Of a stretch of DNA of 64,000 nucleotides, positions 27,512 to 38,572 are shown one piece after another. The stretch spans positions 192,001 to 256,000 of the forward strand of contig CAVSMN010000012.1 of NCBI GenBank assembly GCA_963729045.1, in the 5' to 3' direction. Position numbers and translations under genes: made by a program. Below the pieces are notes generated by a model. The model was not told the origin of the DNA, searched no databases, and worked only from the letters and a program-made list of their open reading frames with translations. Numbering within the stretch: the first letter of the stretch is position 1; the number at the start of each line of letters is the position of its first letter. The DNA comes from an uncultured Nitrososphaeraceae archaeon (GTDB lineage: Archaea; Thermoproteota; Nitrososphaeria; Nitrososphaerales; Nitrososphaeraceae).

Positions 27512-28027
27512 ATGACCAGAATAGGAGAGATATATCGTAGGGTTCATGGTAGATTAGTTGAACGACCGACTAATTTTAGTTGGGTGATCCCACAAAAGTT
27601 GGCTGGTAGTGGCTTGCCATCATCTTATGATCAACTCACATGGCTTGCATCTAATAATATAAAAAGTTTGGTTACTGTCAGAGAGATTCCCTTACCAGAA
27701 ATTTGGATTCAAAAAGTGAATTCTCAAAACTACGAGTTAGAAAATTATTTTTTGAAAACAGATGATTATAATGCTCCAACTATCGACGAAATTCATGAAG
27801 TGGTGGATTATATCGAAAAAAAGATCGAAGGAAATAAGCCAGTATTGGTTCACTGTGCTGCAGGAAAGGGAAGGACAGGAACCATCTTGGCGGCATATTT
27901 GATAAAAAAGGATGGGTTGACTCCATATGAAGCAGTAAAGAAATTGAGACTAATGAGACCTGGATCAGTTCAATCAGAACGACAATCTATGGCCATTGAA
28001 CATTATCATAGATTCCTTAACCAATAA
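27512..28027 (+). CDS. Dual-specificity protein phosphatase
   Basis: VLVHCAAGKGRTG (HCx5R), DYNAP acid loop, RPGSVQ. Confidence 0.92.
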   Translation: MTRIGEIYRRVHGRLVERPTNFSWVIPQKLAGSGLPSSYDQLTWLASNNIKSLVTVREIPLPEIWIQKVNSQNYELENYFLKTDDYNAPTIDEIHEVVDYIEKKIEGNKPVLVHCAAGKGRTGTILAAYLIKKDGLTPYEAVKKLRLMRPGSVQSERQSMAIEHYHRFLNQ

Positions 28028-28084
28028 ATTTAGTACTATTAGTAAAACTGTAAAATTTAAATTGACTCAAAAGTTCCATATCTA

Positions 28085-29867
28085 TTGACGATTAACATGA
28101 TGTTCAATTCCTTACAAGATTATCGAGTTAGAATTAATAAAAAGATGAAAGTGATTATAGTATTTCTAGCATCATTTTTTATCATCACTTCTCTATTTTC
28201 TATTAATACTTTTAATTCTGTCCAATTAGTTAGTGGGTCGGAAGATAACCTAACTTTAGACCTCGATCAAATGGCCACCCGCGATAGTCCCGATCATACC
28301 ACCAGAGAATATAGTAATTCGCTACCTGATCTATTTGATAGGGTCGAGAAATCAGTGGTTCAGATAACTGAACCGGGGAACACCCAAGCTACCGAACCTA
28401 ACCCATCAAGATTGGGATCTGGATTTGTATATGATAAATTAGGACACATTGTTACTAACTTTCACGTGGTAGATGGTTCAAAGAATAATAAAGTCTACGT
28501 AACATTTCTGGATGGAGTATCATATGAAGGTGATATTATAGGAACCGATCCTTATTCAGACCTCGCCGTTCTTAAACTTTCTGAAGTGGATAAGAATATT
28601 AGTTCCAAATTGGTCCCATTAGAATTGGGTAATTCTTCTACGATTCGAATCGGACAAAAAGTTGTAGACTGTTGGAAACCCTTTTGGATTGTCGGGATCC
28701 CTATCTGAAGGCATTATCAGTGGTCTAGGAAGGCTAATGCCAGCTGGCGATAACGGTGGATCCCCGCAAAATCCGTTTGATAAACCCCAGATAATGAAAC
28801 CAGTTCCGTCATTTTCAATACCTGACATCATTCAAACAGATGCCGCCATAAATCCCGGTAACTCAGGAGGTCCACTAATTGATATGAATGCCAATGTTAT
28901 CGGAATTAATACGGCTATTTTCTCCAATACTGGGGTTTATTCTGGGATCGGATTTGCCATTCCTTCTAATTTTCTGACAAAAATTGTACCCCTCTTAATA
29001 AAAAACGGAGAATACGATCATCCATACATTGGGATAAATGGGTTTGATATAACTCCAGAGATAGCAAAATTATTGAATTTGCCTGAAGCTGTGGGCTTTT
29101 TAGTGATCAATGTTACGGATGATAGTCCTGCCAAACTGGCTGGGATACTAGGGGGCAATAAGAGCATGCTAATAAACGGATTGCCTATCGAACTTGGTGG
29201 CGATATAGTTACCGAGATAGATGGCAAGTCTGTTAGAAAAGTGGATGACATTTTATCATATTTAGAGAATTACAAGCGTATAGGTGATAACGTTACTCTA
29301 ACAGTATTAAGAGGTCCAGATCTTGTTAAACAGGTCATAACGATCCCATTAACTGCTAGACCGTCCTTGGAAACGAATTTGACTCATCCATCTTTGGGCG
29401 TAATAGGTTTGGATGTAACCCCTGAAATTGCCAAGTTAATGAATATCTCACGTGACAATGGCTTTTTAATTACCAGCATAATTGGTAATAGTTCTGCTTC
29501 TAAAGCGAATTTGAGGGGTAGCTATGTAGTTACCGAGGTTAATGGGACAGTATTGGAGTTAGGAGGAGACATAATAGTAAAGATGGATAATGTCGATATA
29601 AAGAACCAAATGGACATAAAGAATTACTTAAAGACAAAGAATATTGGCGATTCTATTGTCATTACCTTGTTAAGAGACGAACACTATTTAACAAAATCCC
29701 TAGTTCTTGAACCGATTAGCGAAAATCAACGAATATTGGAGGATTCCAAAAAAACTACAAATGATTTGTCTCATCCTCTCTCACAGGATGACCTTAAAGA
29801 ATTTTTAGAGTCATGCGCAAAGGTGTTGCCTAGGGAGGCTTGCGAATCGATGATAATCATAAAATAA
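28085..29867 (+). CDS. HtrA/DegP-like trypsin protease with two PDZ domains, one inserted base near 28668
   Basis: [36 protein letters not shown], two GGDIV/GGDII PDZ modules, N-terminal TM segment. Confidence 0.92.
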
Positions 29868-29919
29868 TATTCTCGCAATACATGATATATATCGGCCTTA
29901 AAATATAGTTATAGGGAAC

Positions 29920-30345
29920 ATGATTTCAAGGAATGAAGATGAATTCCACTTGTTTTGTAAACACGTAGTGGATTTGGATCCAAGTATACGCTTTGCGGGT
30001 ATCGCGGATGAGGATGGAAAATTGGAATCCATAGCCGAAAGAATCGGGCTAGTCCCACTCTTAACTCCTGAGGAGAGGGCTCAATATGCCATTACTGCTG
30101 CTACCAGGCAGTATACACGTTTGAGGTGGGAATACATGTTAGGTAAAATACAATATGCTAGTTCAAAATACGAACGCCTGATTAGAGCTACCATACCAAT
30201 TACTGACGAAAATAGTACTTTATCGTATGTCTTACTATTGTCTTTCGATCCTGAGATTACAAATGTTCATCAAATTATTACAGAAAAAATAATTCCGTTT
30301 ATAAACGAGAACAAAACCAACCTGACGAAATTACACAATAAGTAA
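29920..30345 (+). CDS. Hypothetical protein, profilin/roadblock-like sensor fold
   Basis: LDPSIRFAGIADEDGKL..PLLTPEE..LGKIQY..YERL..ATIP; recalled as a thaumarchaeal-expanded family (not searched). Confidence 0.65.
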   Translation: MISRNEDEFHLFCKHVVDLDPSIRFAGIADEDGKLESIAERIGLVPLLTPEERAQYAITAATRQYTRLRWEYMLGKIQYASSKYERLIRATIPITDENSTLSYVLLLSFDPEITNVHQIITEKIIPFINENKTNLTKLHNK

Positions 30346-30468
30346 GAATGACAACCTTATTAGACATGTTGTATTCGAATAAGTTTTTTTTATTGTAATA
30401 TTTTTCGAGTAAAATTTACCTATAATAAACGAAGATGTTATATACCCGAAAAATCTACCTAATGGTGC

Positions 30469-30663
30469 ATGAATAAGTTCAATGTATTCGTAGTTTTAAG
30501 TATCGTAGCTGCAGCATCTTTATTTGGAGCAATGGTAACACCAGCTCTCGCACAAGACAATATGACAATGACCATGGACAACTCCTCAATGCCAATGGAC
30601 AATATGTCAATGCCAATGGACGACAATATGACTATGACGATGGATAATAGTACAGTATCTTAA
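30469..30663 (+). CDS. Small secreted methionine-rich peptide
   Basis: Signal peptide ending PALA-Q; mature part QDNMTMTMDNSSMPMDNMSMPMDDNMTMTMDNSTVS; TTATATA about 30 nt upstream; T runs downstream. Confidence 0.8.
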   Translation: MNKFNVFVVLSIVAAASLFGAMVTPALAQDNMTMTMDNSSMPMDNMSMPMDDNMTMTMDNSTVS

Positions 30664-30740
30664 GCTAGATTAAGATATTAACCAATAATATTTTTTTTAG
30701 AATTGATTTTTTATTTTTTACACTTATATTTTTTTTGAAA
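30664..30740 (+). terminator. Putative oligo-T terminator after the Met-rich peptide gene
   Basis: Short hairpin TATCTTAA..TTAAGATA across the stop codon, followed by several T runs. Confidence 0.45.
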
Positions 30741-30790
30741 TCGATGATATGTAACCGATGATTAAATAAGGCTAAATATAATTATTTTTA

Positions 30791-32272
30791 ATGACTTTTG
30801 ACAATCTATCCGAATACTTGAACGCCTTAGAATCAGCTGGCGAATTAATAAAAGTGCAGACGGAAGTAAATTCTGATTTAGAAGTCGCTGAGATTATGAG
30901 ACGTTTGATGTATACAAAGAAAAGTCCAGCTATTCTCTTTGAAAACATAAAGGATTTTGAAATACCCATCCTCGGCAACGCATTCGGATCGATTAAGAGA
31001 TTACAAATAGCTTTAGACTTGGATGATTTTTCAGAAATAGGGAATAGAATAGTTGAGATGACCCGGATGAAAATGCCATCAGGGGTTCTAAATAAACTAA
31101 AAATGCTTCCAAGGTTATCGGAAATCTCTGAGTACGGCCCTAAAATTGTGGATAAAGGTCAGGTCCAAGAGGTCATTGAAACACATAATCCTTCCTTCAA
31201 GCAATTTCCTATTCTCAAATCCTTTAAACAAGATGCAGGAAGATTTATTACCTTTGGAATGACCGTTACCAAACATCCAGAGACCGCCATTCGAAACATA
31301 GGGGTTTATCGCATTCAAATTTTGAATGACAATCAAGCGATAATGCACTGGCAGATTCATAAACGTGGTGCTCAGCATTCTGATATCTCAAAAGAATCTA
31401 AAAAACCAATCGAAGCAGCAATAGTAATTGGGGCCGACCCCGGGACTATTTTCAGCAGCATAGCCCCAGTTCCGGAGGGTATGGATAAATTTCTATTTGC
31501 AGGTATTTCTCGGAAGAAAGGGGTCAAAATGGTAAAGTGCGAAACAGTAGATTTGGAGGTTCCAGCTAATTCAGAAATCGTATTTGAGGGCGTCATCAAT
31601 CCAGAACATCTTGAAACTGAAGGGCCATTTGGTGATCATACTGGATATTATACCCCCCCTGACAAATTCCCTGTATTTACATTAACCGGTGTTATGCATA
31701 GAAAAAAGCCTATTTATTTAACCACTGTAGTGGGAAAACCCATTCTCGAGGATGCTTATTTTGGAAAGGTGATAGAAAGATCTTTTTTACCTTTGATACA
31801 GATGTTCCAACCCGAGGTAGTAGATTTCTCGATGCCGGCAGCCGGATGGTTTCAAGGATTGGGAATTATCTCTATTAAGAAGAGATACCCTGGGCAAGCA
31901 AAAAAGGTGATGATGGGATTATGGGGGTTGGGCCAACTTTCCTTAACTAAGATTTTTGTAGTAGTTGACCATGATATTGATGTTCATGATATAGATAAGA
32001 TTATTTGGGCCGTAACTACCAAAGCAGACCCAAAACGGGATATATTGATAATAGAGAATGTACCTACTGATACTTTGGATCCTTCATCTCCTTTGGTAAA
32101 TTTTGGATCAAAAATGGGGATCGACGCCACAACCAAATGGAGAGAAGAGGGTTTTTTTAGGGAGATTCAGGAGGAAGTTCAAGTTGATGAGGAAACGAAA
32201 TTACTAGTTGACAAAAAGTGGTCTATGTATGGATTTCCTCTAGGAAAAACCAACACTAACCATATCGACTGA
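30791..32272 (+). CDS. UbiD family (menaquinone pathway) decarboxylase
   Basis: RNIGVYRIQ, MHWQIHK, EGPFGDHTGYY, KKRYPGQAKKVMMGLWG, DTLDP..GSKMGIDAT. Confidence 0.93.
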   Translation: MTFDNLSEYLNALESAGELIKVQTEVNSDLEVAEIMRRLMYTKKSPAILFENIKDFEIPILGNAFGSIKRLQIALDLDDFSEIGNRIVEMTRMKMPSGVLNKLKMLPRLSEISEYGPKIVDKGQVQEVIETHNPSFKQFPILKSFKQDAGRFITFGMTVTKHPETAIRNIGVYRIQILNDNQAIMHWQIHKRGAQHSDISKESKKPIEAAIVIGADPGTIFSSIAPVPEGMDKFLFAGISRKKGVKMVKCETVDLEVPANSEIVFEGVINPEHLETEGPFGDHTGYYTPPDKFPVFTLTGVMHRKKPIYLTTVVGKPILEDAYFGKVIERSFLPLIQMFQPEVVDFSMPAAGWFQGLGIISIKKRYPGQAKKVMMGLWGLGQLSLTKIFVVVDHDIDVHDIDKIIWAVTTKADPKRDILIIENVPTDTLDPSSPLVNFGSKMGIDATTKWREEGFFREIQEEVQVDEETKLLVDKKWSMYGFPLGKTNTNHID

Positions 32273-32362
32273 AAGGATTTTTTGACTGTATTCATCCATG
32301 CCTAAAATCAATTTAAAGCCTTATATTTAGGAATTTCGTATAGTAAGTTACTAAGATAGATA

Positions 32363-32722
32363 ATGTCTACTAAAGACAAAATCAAGACTAACAGCCTCCA
32401 GTTGAAAAAAGCCATGAAATGTGAGAGTTTGGATGAAGGGACATTTGCATTCTTAAATTGGATGAATTGCAAGTCATTTGATAGTGAAGGATATGATCAG
32501 AACCCACCTTTAATCTTGAAATATGTTGATTTTCCTAAGGTTGATTTGGTAAAATTATTTGATGGATTTTTGGGACAGGACATTATTGTCAATATAGTTG
32601 ATTGCATACCAACATGTAAGACATGTATAGCAGACGATTGTTCACATATCGGTTTTACTATATGCTTACTCCAGTTAATTGAGCGAGAGGGATATGAATC
32701 AATGGACGACATATTGAAATAA
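32363..32722 (+). CDS. Hypothetical protein with a C-terminal CxxCxxxxCxH putative Zn site
   Basis: PTCKTCIADDCSHIGF. Confidence 0.6.
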   Translation: MSTKDKIKTNSLQLKKAMKCESLDEGTFAFLNWMNCKSFDSEGYDQNPPLILKYVDFPKVDLVKLFDGFLGQDIIVNIVDCIPTCKTCIADDCSHIGFTICLLQLIEREGYESMDDILK

Positions 32723-32812
32723 ATAATTGCTAAAATTGAGATTTGGATTGACGAAATACTACGAGAAGAATTTATGATAAAATTTTTATATTCATTAATC
32801 TAAGGTTTGTTG

Positions 32813-33403
32813 ATGACTGAGAATAATGAGTATGTTCCGAATGTAGTAGCTTTGGAGGTATTAGAAAAAAATGGTGTAAATATTGAAAGACTAAAAGAAT
32901 TGATAACCAAAGGCGTGGGTGCGGAATTTACCACCTATTATTATTATACTATTTTGAGGATGCACTGTACAGGTCTCGATGGGGAAGGAATCAAGGAGAT
33001 AGTTGAAGATGCGAGAATTGAAGATAGAAACCACTTTGAGGCTATGGTTCCACGACTTTATGAATTGGGGGGAAGTTTGCCACGAGATATCCGAGATTTT
33101 GCAACCCAAGCTGGATGTCCAGACGCTTATTTGCCAGAGAATTGGAAGGATTTAACTTCTATCATGAAAGTACTTTTGGAAGCAGAACAATGTGCTATCC
33201 GTTCCTGGGGAGAAGTATGTGACATGACTGGTGGAAAAGACCCTAGAACGTTCGATATTGCCCAGAGGATTATGCAGGAGGAAATTGAGCACGAAGCTTG
33301 GTTCATTGAACTATTATCAAAAAGACCCTCTGGGCACTTTAGAAGAAACTTTCCTGGACAATCGCCATATACTTCTGGTGCAGGTGGACTCAGCCACCTT
33401 TAA
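32813..33403 (+). CDS. Dps-like (DpsL) ferritin-superfamily protein
   Basis: [57 protein letters not shown]. Confidence 0.93.
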   Translation: MTENNEYVPNVVALEVLEKNGVNIERLKELITKGVGAEFTTYYYYTILRMHCTGLDGEGIKEIVEDARIEDRNHFEAMVPRLYELGGSLPRDIRDFATQAGCPDAYLPENWKDLTSIMKVLLEAEQCAIRSWGEVCDMTGGKDPRTFDIAQRIMQEEIEHEAWFIELLSKRPSGHFRRNFPGQSPYTSGAGGLSHL

Positions 33404-33584
33404 TTTTTATTCAAGTCAAATTGCTTTTATATTGTTTTTAGGATTTTTTGGAAACTTTTACTTATTAATAAATGAGAACCGCACAATTATGAATTGGTAC
33501 TGTAAAGTAGTCATTTAACTTTGCCTAATAAGATTTTTTCAATAATAGAGAAATATTTTATAAACCCATTGTAAACTAATGATA

Positions 33585-33743
33585 ATGGTATTGCACTTGA
33601 CAAATAGAAGGAAAGGGGAAGTTCTAATGGCTATAGCTGGGATTGGCCTGGCCATAGGTGCTATGAGTATCAGCGTACCACAAGTCGCATATGCAGGCTT
33701 GTGTATAACTGGTTTGGGGATAGTATCGATGTTGTGGAGATAG
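33585..33743 (+). CDS. Small two-TM membrane protein (52 aa, absent from the ORF track)
   Basis: MVLHLTNRRKGEVLMAIAGIGLAIGAMSISVPQVAYAGLCITGLGIVSMLWR*; TTTATAAA about 25-30 nt upstream; more GC-rich than the flanks. Confidence 0.7.
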   Translation: MVLHLTNRRKGEVLMAIAGIGLAIGAMSISVPQVAYAGLCITGLGIVSMLWR

Positions 33744-34049
33744 AACTAATGGATGTCTCTTAACTTTGTGCTTCGTAAATGTGGTATGAAATGCAAGACA
33801 GCACTGGAAACTATTCGACTAAATAAACAATATGATAATTTAGGTAGAGATAGAGTAAATCTGTTTCTTCATCAGCTTTTGTACAAATGGAAACCTAATG
33901 AAATTTTCATGTTAGCTGATAATCTTAGTATCAATTGAGTATGAAGGGTCCGAAAACAATTAGAAATACAATATTTGCAGATACATAGCCAGGAGTTATT
34001 TGACGGTTGTTCGATGTATAATTTTTTCTTCGTATTTTCCCTTAGAGTC

Positions 34050-34463
34050 TTATTTCTTAAAAGTAGAATTCTTCAAATCCCAACAAGGTCTGCATAATTG
34101 GCCATTAATACGCCACAGTGGTTTGGGATTATATCTGATGAAACCCAATTTCTTGTTGCATTCATAGCAATAATTATTGATTTTTTCGTATTCTTTGGCT
34201 TTTCTTTCATAGCATTGAATGCACATCAGTTGAGTAGTATTCAGATTCCACCTCCATTCAGGTTTCTTAACTTCACCGGAAATCAGATTCTTACACACAA
34301 AGCATATCTGGTAGTTTGTTTCGGATTTCATGGGATATGAATTTTTAATTGGATTGCTAATATTTGATTTCTCTGTTTCATTGGGTTGAAAATATTCTTT
34401 GTTTGTATCTATATCCTCTTCCTTATTAGAACGGGCTGATTTTCTTCTAAATGGAATCTTCAC
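34050..34463 (-). CDS. Hypothetical double zinc-finger protein
   Basis: Four CxxC motifs (CFVC, CIQC, CYEC, CRPC) forming two similar modules, each with P.W. Confidence 0.7.
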   Translation of the reverse strand: MKIPFRRKSARSNKEEDIDTNKEYFQPNETEKSNISNPIKNSYPMKSETNYQICFVCKNLISGEVKKPEWRWNLNTTQLMCIQCYERKAKEYEKINNYCYECNKKLGFIRYNPKPLWRINGQLCRPCWDLKNSTFKK

Positions 34464-34551
34464 TTCAAAATATATTCAAATTTGTCTTATTTTAGAGTTG
34501 TAATATTCTTTCTTCCAAAGCAAATACTTAATTTTTAGAACTCTTCATTTA

Positions 34552-34986
34552 ATGTTGTTGTCAAAGTCTTACTATGACATACTTGAGATAGACCAACATG
34601 CAACTATTGCCGATATCAAAAAATCATTCAGACTTCTTGCCCTAAAGCACCATCCTGACAAGAATAAAAGTAATGAGTCTCATCAAAAGTTCTTACAAAT
34701 AGTAGAGGCCTACGAAGTACTTTCTGACGAAAATTCAAGAAGGAAATATGACTTGATCAATTCTTCAAACCAATTTTCTAATTTTATCCCCAATTGGACA
34801 CCATCGGCTGATTTGTCAAAATTTTATAGTTACGATGTCATAAAGAATTGGTACGTACCTAACAAGTCTACTGGAGGTATGTGGGACATAGGAGAAAAGG
34901 AAAACCTTGGAATGTGGAAGACCACATTAGCACTATTTGGATCATTAGCATGTGTTGCAGTTTTTATTATTATTTTATCAAATTAA
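34552..34986 (+). CDS. J-domain (DnaJ-like) protein with a C-terminal membrane anchor
   Basis: YYDILEI, HHPDKN, AYEVLSD..R.KYD; hydrophobic C-terminus. Confidence 0.9.
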   Translation: MLLSKSYYDILEIDQHATIADIKKSFRLLALKHHPDKNKSNESHQKFLQIVEAYEVLSDENSRRKYDLINSSNQFSNFIPNWTPSADLSKFYSYDVIKNWYVPNKSTGGMWDIGEKENLGMWKTTLALFGSLACVAVFIIILSN

Positions 34987-35158
34987 TTATTGCAACTATC
35001 AATCTTACTTAATATTAGAAATAACCAAAAATAACTAGACGTTTTTGTTTCTCATTTTTTACTGCTACGAAGTATTCGTTCCATGAATTTCATCATAAAC
35101 ATCATTTTCTTATCATTCGAGTATTTCACATCTTTTTAATCTCACACATCTTTGAATT

Positions 35159-36046
35159 CTAATTTTTTGTACTATTAGCAGGTTCCCAAATGTAGGAGAC
35201 TCGCTCTCTATCCTTAAAGTAGCTAAGTGGTAACTGAAGATAACACAATAAAAGACATACCGAACCTTTTGGATATTTTATCGAATTCTTGAAAAATTCC
35301 TTAATTGTAGTGGATACAGGAGCATTGAAATCAAATTTTCTTGTCAGTTCCTTTAACTGATTATGCCCTATTAATGCTCTTACTATCTGACTATAAAAAT
35401 CATGTTTGGTGATTGGAGGGGTAAAATAGATTATTGCATCGTCATCATAGATTACCTTCTTGTTCATTTCAAGCACTCTACATTGGAGATATAGGTCTAT
35501 CGCTATTATTTCCTGGGGAATTTCTATCCCTCTGGCCAATTCAGTATTCAAGGCGATTGCCCTTCCCATAGTTGTATATTGAGAAAGGCCGTTCAATCTT
35601 ATCGACCTTAACCAATAACCGATAAAAATAGATGCACAAGCATATAGGTTTGTGCTATTACTTTTAGGGACTGTATTAGAGGCACACAACCCAACGATAT
35701 CTGAGATCTTATTTGATAATTGGGATACGCAATTTTCTCCGATCTCAATGTCTGCGTCCAATAATACTATAATACTACCTTTTGCATTTCTGAATATAGT
35801 ATTCCATCCTTGACTTGCCCCTTTTCTTGTTTCATTGTGAATTAAACGAATCTTGAATTCTGGATTTTCAGACTTTATTTTGTTGATTAGAATTGGAGTT
35901 TCATCATTTGAATCGTCTACGAAAATAACCTCTGTGATAACTAACTTGTCTCCTAACCGTTGAGATTTGAGCGAATCAAAGAATTTTAAAATATTATTTT
36001 CTTCGTTATAAGTAATTATTCCTATTGTGATATCGCTTTTATTCAT
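35159..36046 (-). CDS. Glycosyltransferase family 2
   Basis: IITYNEENNI, VIFVDDS.D.T, IVLLDADI. Confidence 0.88.
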   Translation of the reverse strand: MNKSDITIGIITYNEENNILKFFDSLKSQRLGDKLVITEVIFVDDSNDETPILINKIKSENPEFKIRLIHNETRKGASQGWNTIFRNAKGSIIVLLDADIEIGENCVSQLSNKISDIVGLCASNTVPKSNSTNLYACASIFIGYWLRSIRLNGLSQYTTMGRAIALNTELARGIEIPQEIIAIDLYLQCRVLEMNKKVIYDDDAIIYFTPPITKHDFYSQIVRALIGHNQLKELTRKFDFNAPVSTTIKEFFKNSIKYPKGSVCLLLCYLQLPLSYFKDRERVSYIWEPANSTKN

Positions 36047-36486
36047 GTCGCCTCGATATTCTCTCTAATTTTTTGAGCTATACTCTCAAGCTCCTTTATC
36101 TGTGCAATCTTGCGCATGGGCCATTGACCTTTAACTTTCTCAATCGAATATCTGGGGACTATATGAACGTGCACATGAGGTACAATCTGATTTGCAGATT
36201 TTCCATTATTCTGGTTGATGTTAAAACCATCACTACCTAAAACACTAGCAATTGCCTTTGCTAATCGTGGGACTAATGAATGCATCTCTCCTACCTCCTT
36301 TATCGGCATTTCCAGAATATTTCTAAAATGCTTTTTAGGTACTATCAGAGAATGTCCATGATTTATAGGGTATTTATCCATGAAAGCTAAAAATTTTTCA
36401 TCTTCATAAATTATTGCATTAGGTAGATTTTTCAGTACAATTTGACAAAAAATACAATTGTGATTCAATGTCTGCATCATTATCAA
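36043..36486 (-). CDS. HIT family hydrolase
   Basis: CIFCQI, GHSLIVPKKH, QIVPHVHVHIVPR. Confidence 0.95.
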   Translation of the reverse strand: MIMMQTLNHNCIFCQIVLKNLPNAIIYEDEKFLAFMDKYPINHGHSLIVPKKHFRNILEMPIKEVGEMHSLVPRLAKAIASVLGSDGFNINQNNGKSANQIVPHVHVHIVPRYSIEKVKGQWPMRKIAQIKELESIAQKIRENIEAT

Positions 36487-36596
36487 GATAATAATACTGA
36501 AATATTTAATTTAATATTTAACAGTTAATATGTTTTGTCATAATTTGGTGTTTATTTTTAGTTCATTTTAAATAGCTCGAAAATTTTTTACAAAGT

Positions 36597-36782
36597 ATGA
36601 GTGAATCAATTGAGTTAGAAAGTTTCACACTGAATTTTTCTTTCCCATGCCCAAAATGCGAATACCTTAATGAGATCTCTTCAAGTGAATTGCATAATAA
36701 TAGCATCGAATGTGGAATGTGTGAGACAATATTCAAGTTTGAGGGTTTGGATTCTATAAAAATATTAGCTACTTTGGAGTAG
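36597..36782 (+). CDS. Small zinc-ribbon protein
   Basis: CPKC..CGMC. Confidence 0.6.
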   Translation: MSESIELESFTLNFSFPCPKCEYLNEISSSELHNNSIECGMCETIFKFEGLDSIKILATLE

Positions 36783-36844
36783 TGAGATAATCTTACGAAA
36801 AAGAATTAAGTTTTTATTTTGTGATTTTAATCTAGATATTTGTA

Positions 36845-38572
36845 ATGATTTTACCTAGCAGAAAAACAGTTGAAGGAGCATCCCGAGCGCCTCATAGGGC
36901 AATGTACAAGTCGATGGGTCTCTCAGACGATGATCTTGGTAGGCCTTTAGTAGCAGTTTCTAGTACTTGTAATGAGGCAACCCCATGTAATATTCACTTG
37001 GGGAAACTTGCTCAAAAAGCTAAGGAAGGTGTGAAGGACTCTGGAAATACTCCTCGGGAATTTACTACCATCGCTGTTTCTGATGGGATTGCAATGGGAC
37101 ACGAAGGGATGAAATCCTCTCTAGTTAGCCGTGAGATCATTGCGGATTCGATTGAGGTTATGGTCAGAGCACATCAATATGATGCAATAGTGGGAATTTC
37201 TGGATGTGATAAAAGCTTACCGGGAACTTTAATGGCTATGGCTCGACTCAATTTACCTTCCATCTTCGTTTATGGCGGTACCATTCTTCCTGGTAATTGG
37301 AATGGCAATCCGGTTACGATTCAGGATGTGTACGAGGCAGTGGGAACATATGATGCTGGTAAAATGAGCTTGGAAGAATTGACAAGTCTAGAAAATGTTG
37401 CCTGCCCATCGGCCGGATCATGTGCAGGAATGTATACCGCTAATACCATGGCGTCCATAAGCGAGGCTTTAGGGATGTCGTTACCGGGGAGTGCAACACC
37501 ACCCGCGGAAAGTGAAGAAAGGCACAAAATTTGCTTTGAAACTGGTAAATCTATAGATCAGCTCTTGCTCAGCGATTTGAAACCTAGGGATATAATGACT
37601 TACGAGGCATTCGAAAATGCGATCATGATGGCAAATGCGATAGGAGGTTCGACTAATGCGATACTTCATCTATTAGCACTGTCGCGTGAAACAGGAATCG
37701 ATTTGGATATAAAGGATTTTGAATATATACGAAAAAAAACACCTCATATTGCAAATATGAGACCAGGTGGGAGTTACGTAATGTTGAACTTGGATAATAT
37801 TGGAGGCATCCCTGTAATTTTGAAATCATTGCTTGATAAAGGTATCTTAAATGGTAACGTAGAGACCGTTACTGGTAAGACAATGAAAAAAAATCTCGAG
37901 TCCTATGACTTTAGCAAATCCAAGTCTTACTATAAAGCACAAAAAACTGAATTTCGAAATATCCTTCGAACTGTCGATAATCCAATACACAAAGAAGGAA
38001 CGTTAAAAATTTTATTCGGAAATTTGGCTCCAGAGGGCGCTGTAATCAAAATTGCAGGATTGAAAGAAGATAAATTTGAAGGGATTGCAAAAGTTTATCA
38101 TTCAGAAGAATCTGCATTTGATGCTGTTTCTAAAAGAGAAATCAGCGAAGGTGATGTTGTTGTTATAAGATTCGAGGGTCCGAAGGGTGGACCGGGAATG
38201 AGGGAAATGCTTGCAGTGACAGCGGCCATTGTGGGTCAAGGGTTGGGTGAAAAAGTTGCTATGCTCACTGATGGTCGATTCTCTGGCGCAACCAGGGGAT
38301 TTATGATAGGGCATATGTCTCCAGAAGCAATGGTGGGTGGACCAATTTCAATAATCAAAAATGGTGACAAGATCAAAATCGATTTACTCAAAGAAACGGT
38401 TGATCTCAAGATTTCAAAGAAAGAATTCACAAATAGGATCAAGAAATTTAAACCTATAAAAAATAGGTACCGGTCAGGGGCCCTAGCAAAATATGCAACA
38501 TTGGTCAGATCTGCATCAGAAGGTGCTATAACCTCTCCGATACCAAAATATATGAAAAAAAACTTCACCTAA
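36845..38572 (+). CDS. ilvD: Dihydroxy-acid dehydratase
   Basis: [58 protein letters not shown]. Confidence 0.98.
   Translation: MILPSRKTVEGASRAPHRAMYKSMGLSDDDLGRPLVAVSSTCNEATPCNIHLGKLAQKAKEGVKDSGNTPREFTTIAVSDGIAMGHEGMKSSLVSREIIADSIEVMVRAHQYDAIVGISGCDKSLPGTLMAMARLNLPSIFVYGGTILPGNWNGNPVTIQDVYEAVGTYDAGKMSLEELTSLENVACPSAGSCAGMYTANTMASISEALGMSLPGSATPPAESEERHKICFETGKSIDQLLLSDLKPRDIMTYEAFENAIMMANAIGGSTNAILHLLALSRETGIDLDIKDFEYIRKKTPHIANMRPGGSYVMLNLDNIGGIPVILKSLLDKGILNGNVETVTGKTMKKNLESYDFSKSKSYYKAQKTEFRNILRTVDNPIHKEGTLKILFGNLAPEGAVIKIAGLKEDKFEGIAKVYHSEESAFDAVSKREISEGDVVVIRFEGPKGGPGMREMLAVTAAIVGQGLGEKVAMLTDGRFSGATRGFMIGHMSPEAMVGGPISIIKNGDKIKIDLLKETVDLKISKKEFTNRIKKFKPIKNRYRSGALAKYATLVRSASEGAITSPIPKYMKKNFT

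Noticed and set aside
33753..33938. 61-aa + strand ORF
   Set aside because: No motif or compositional support.
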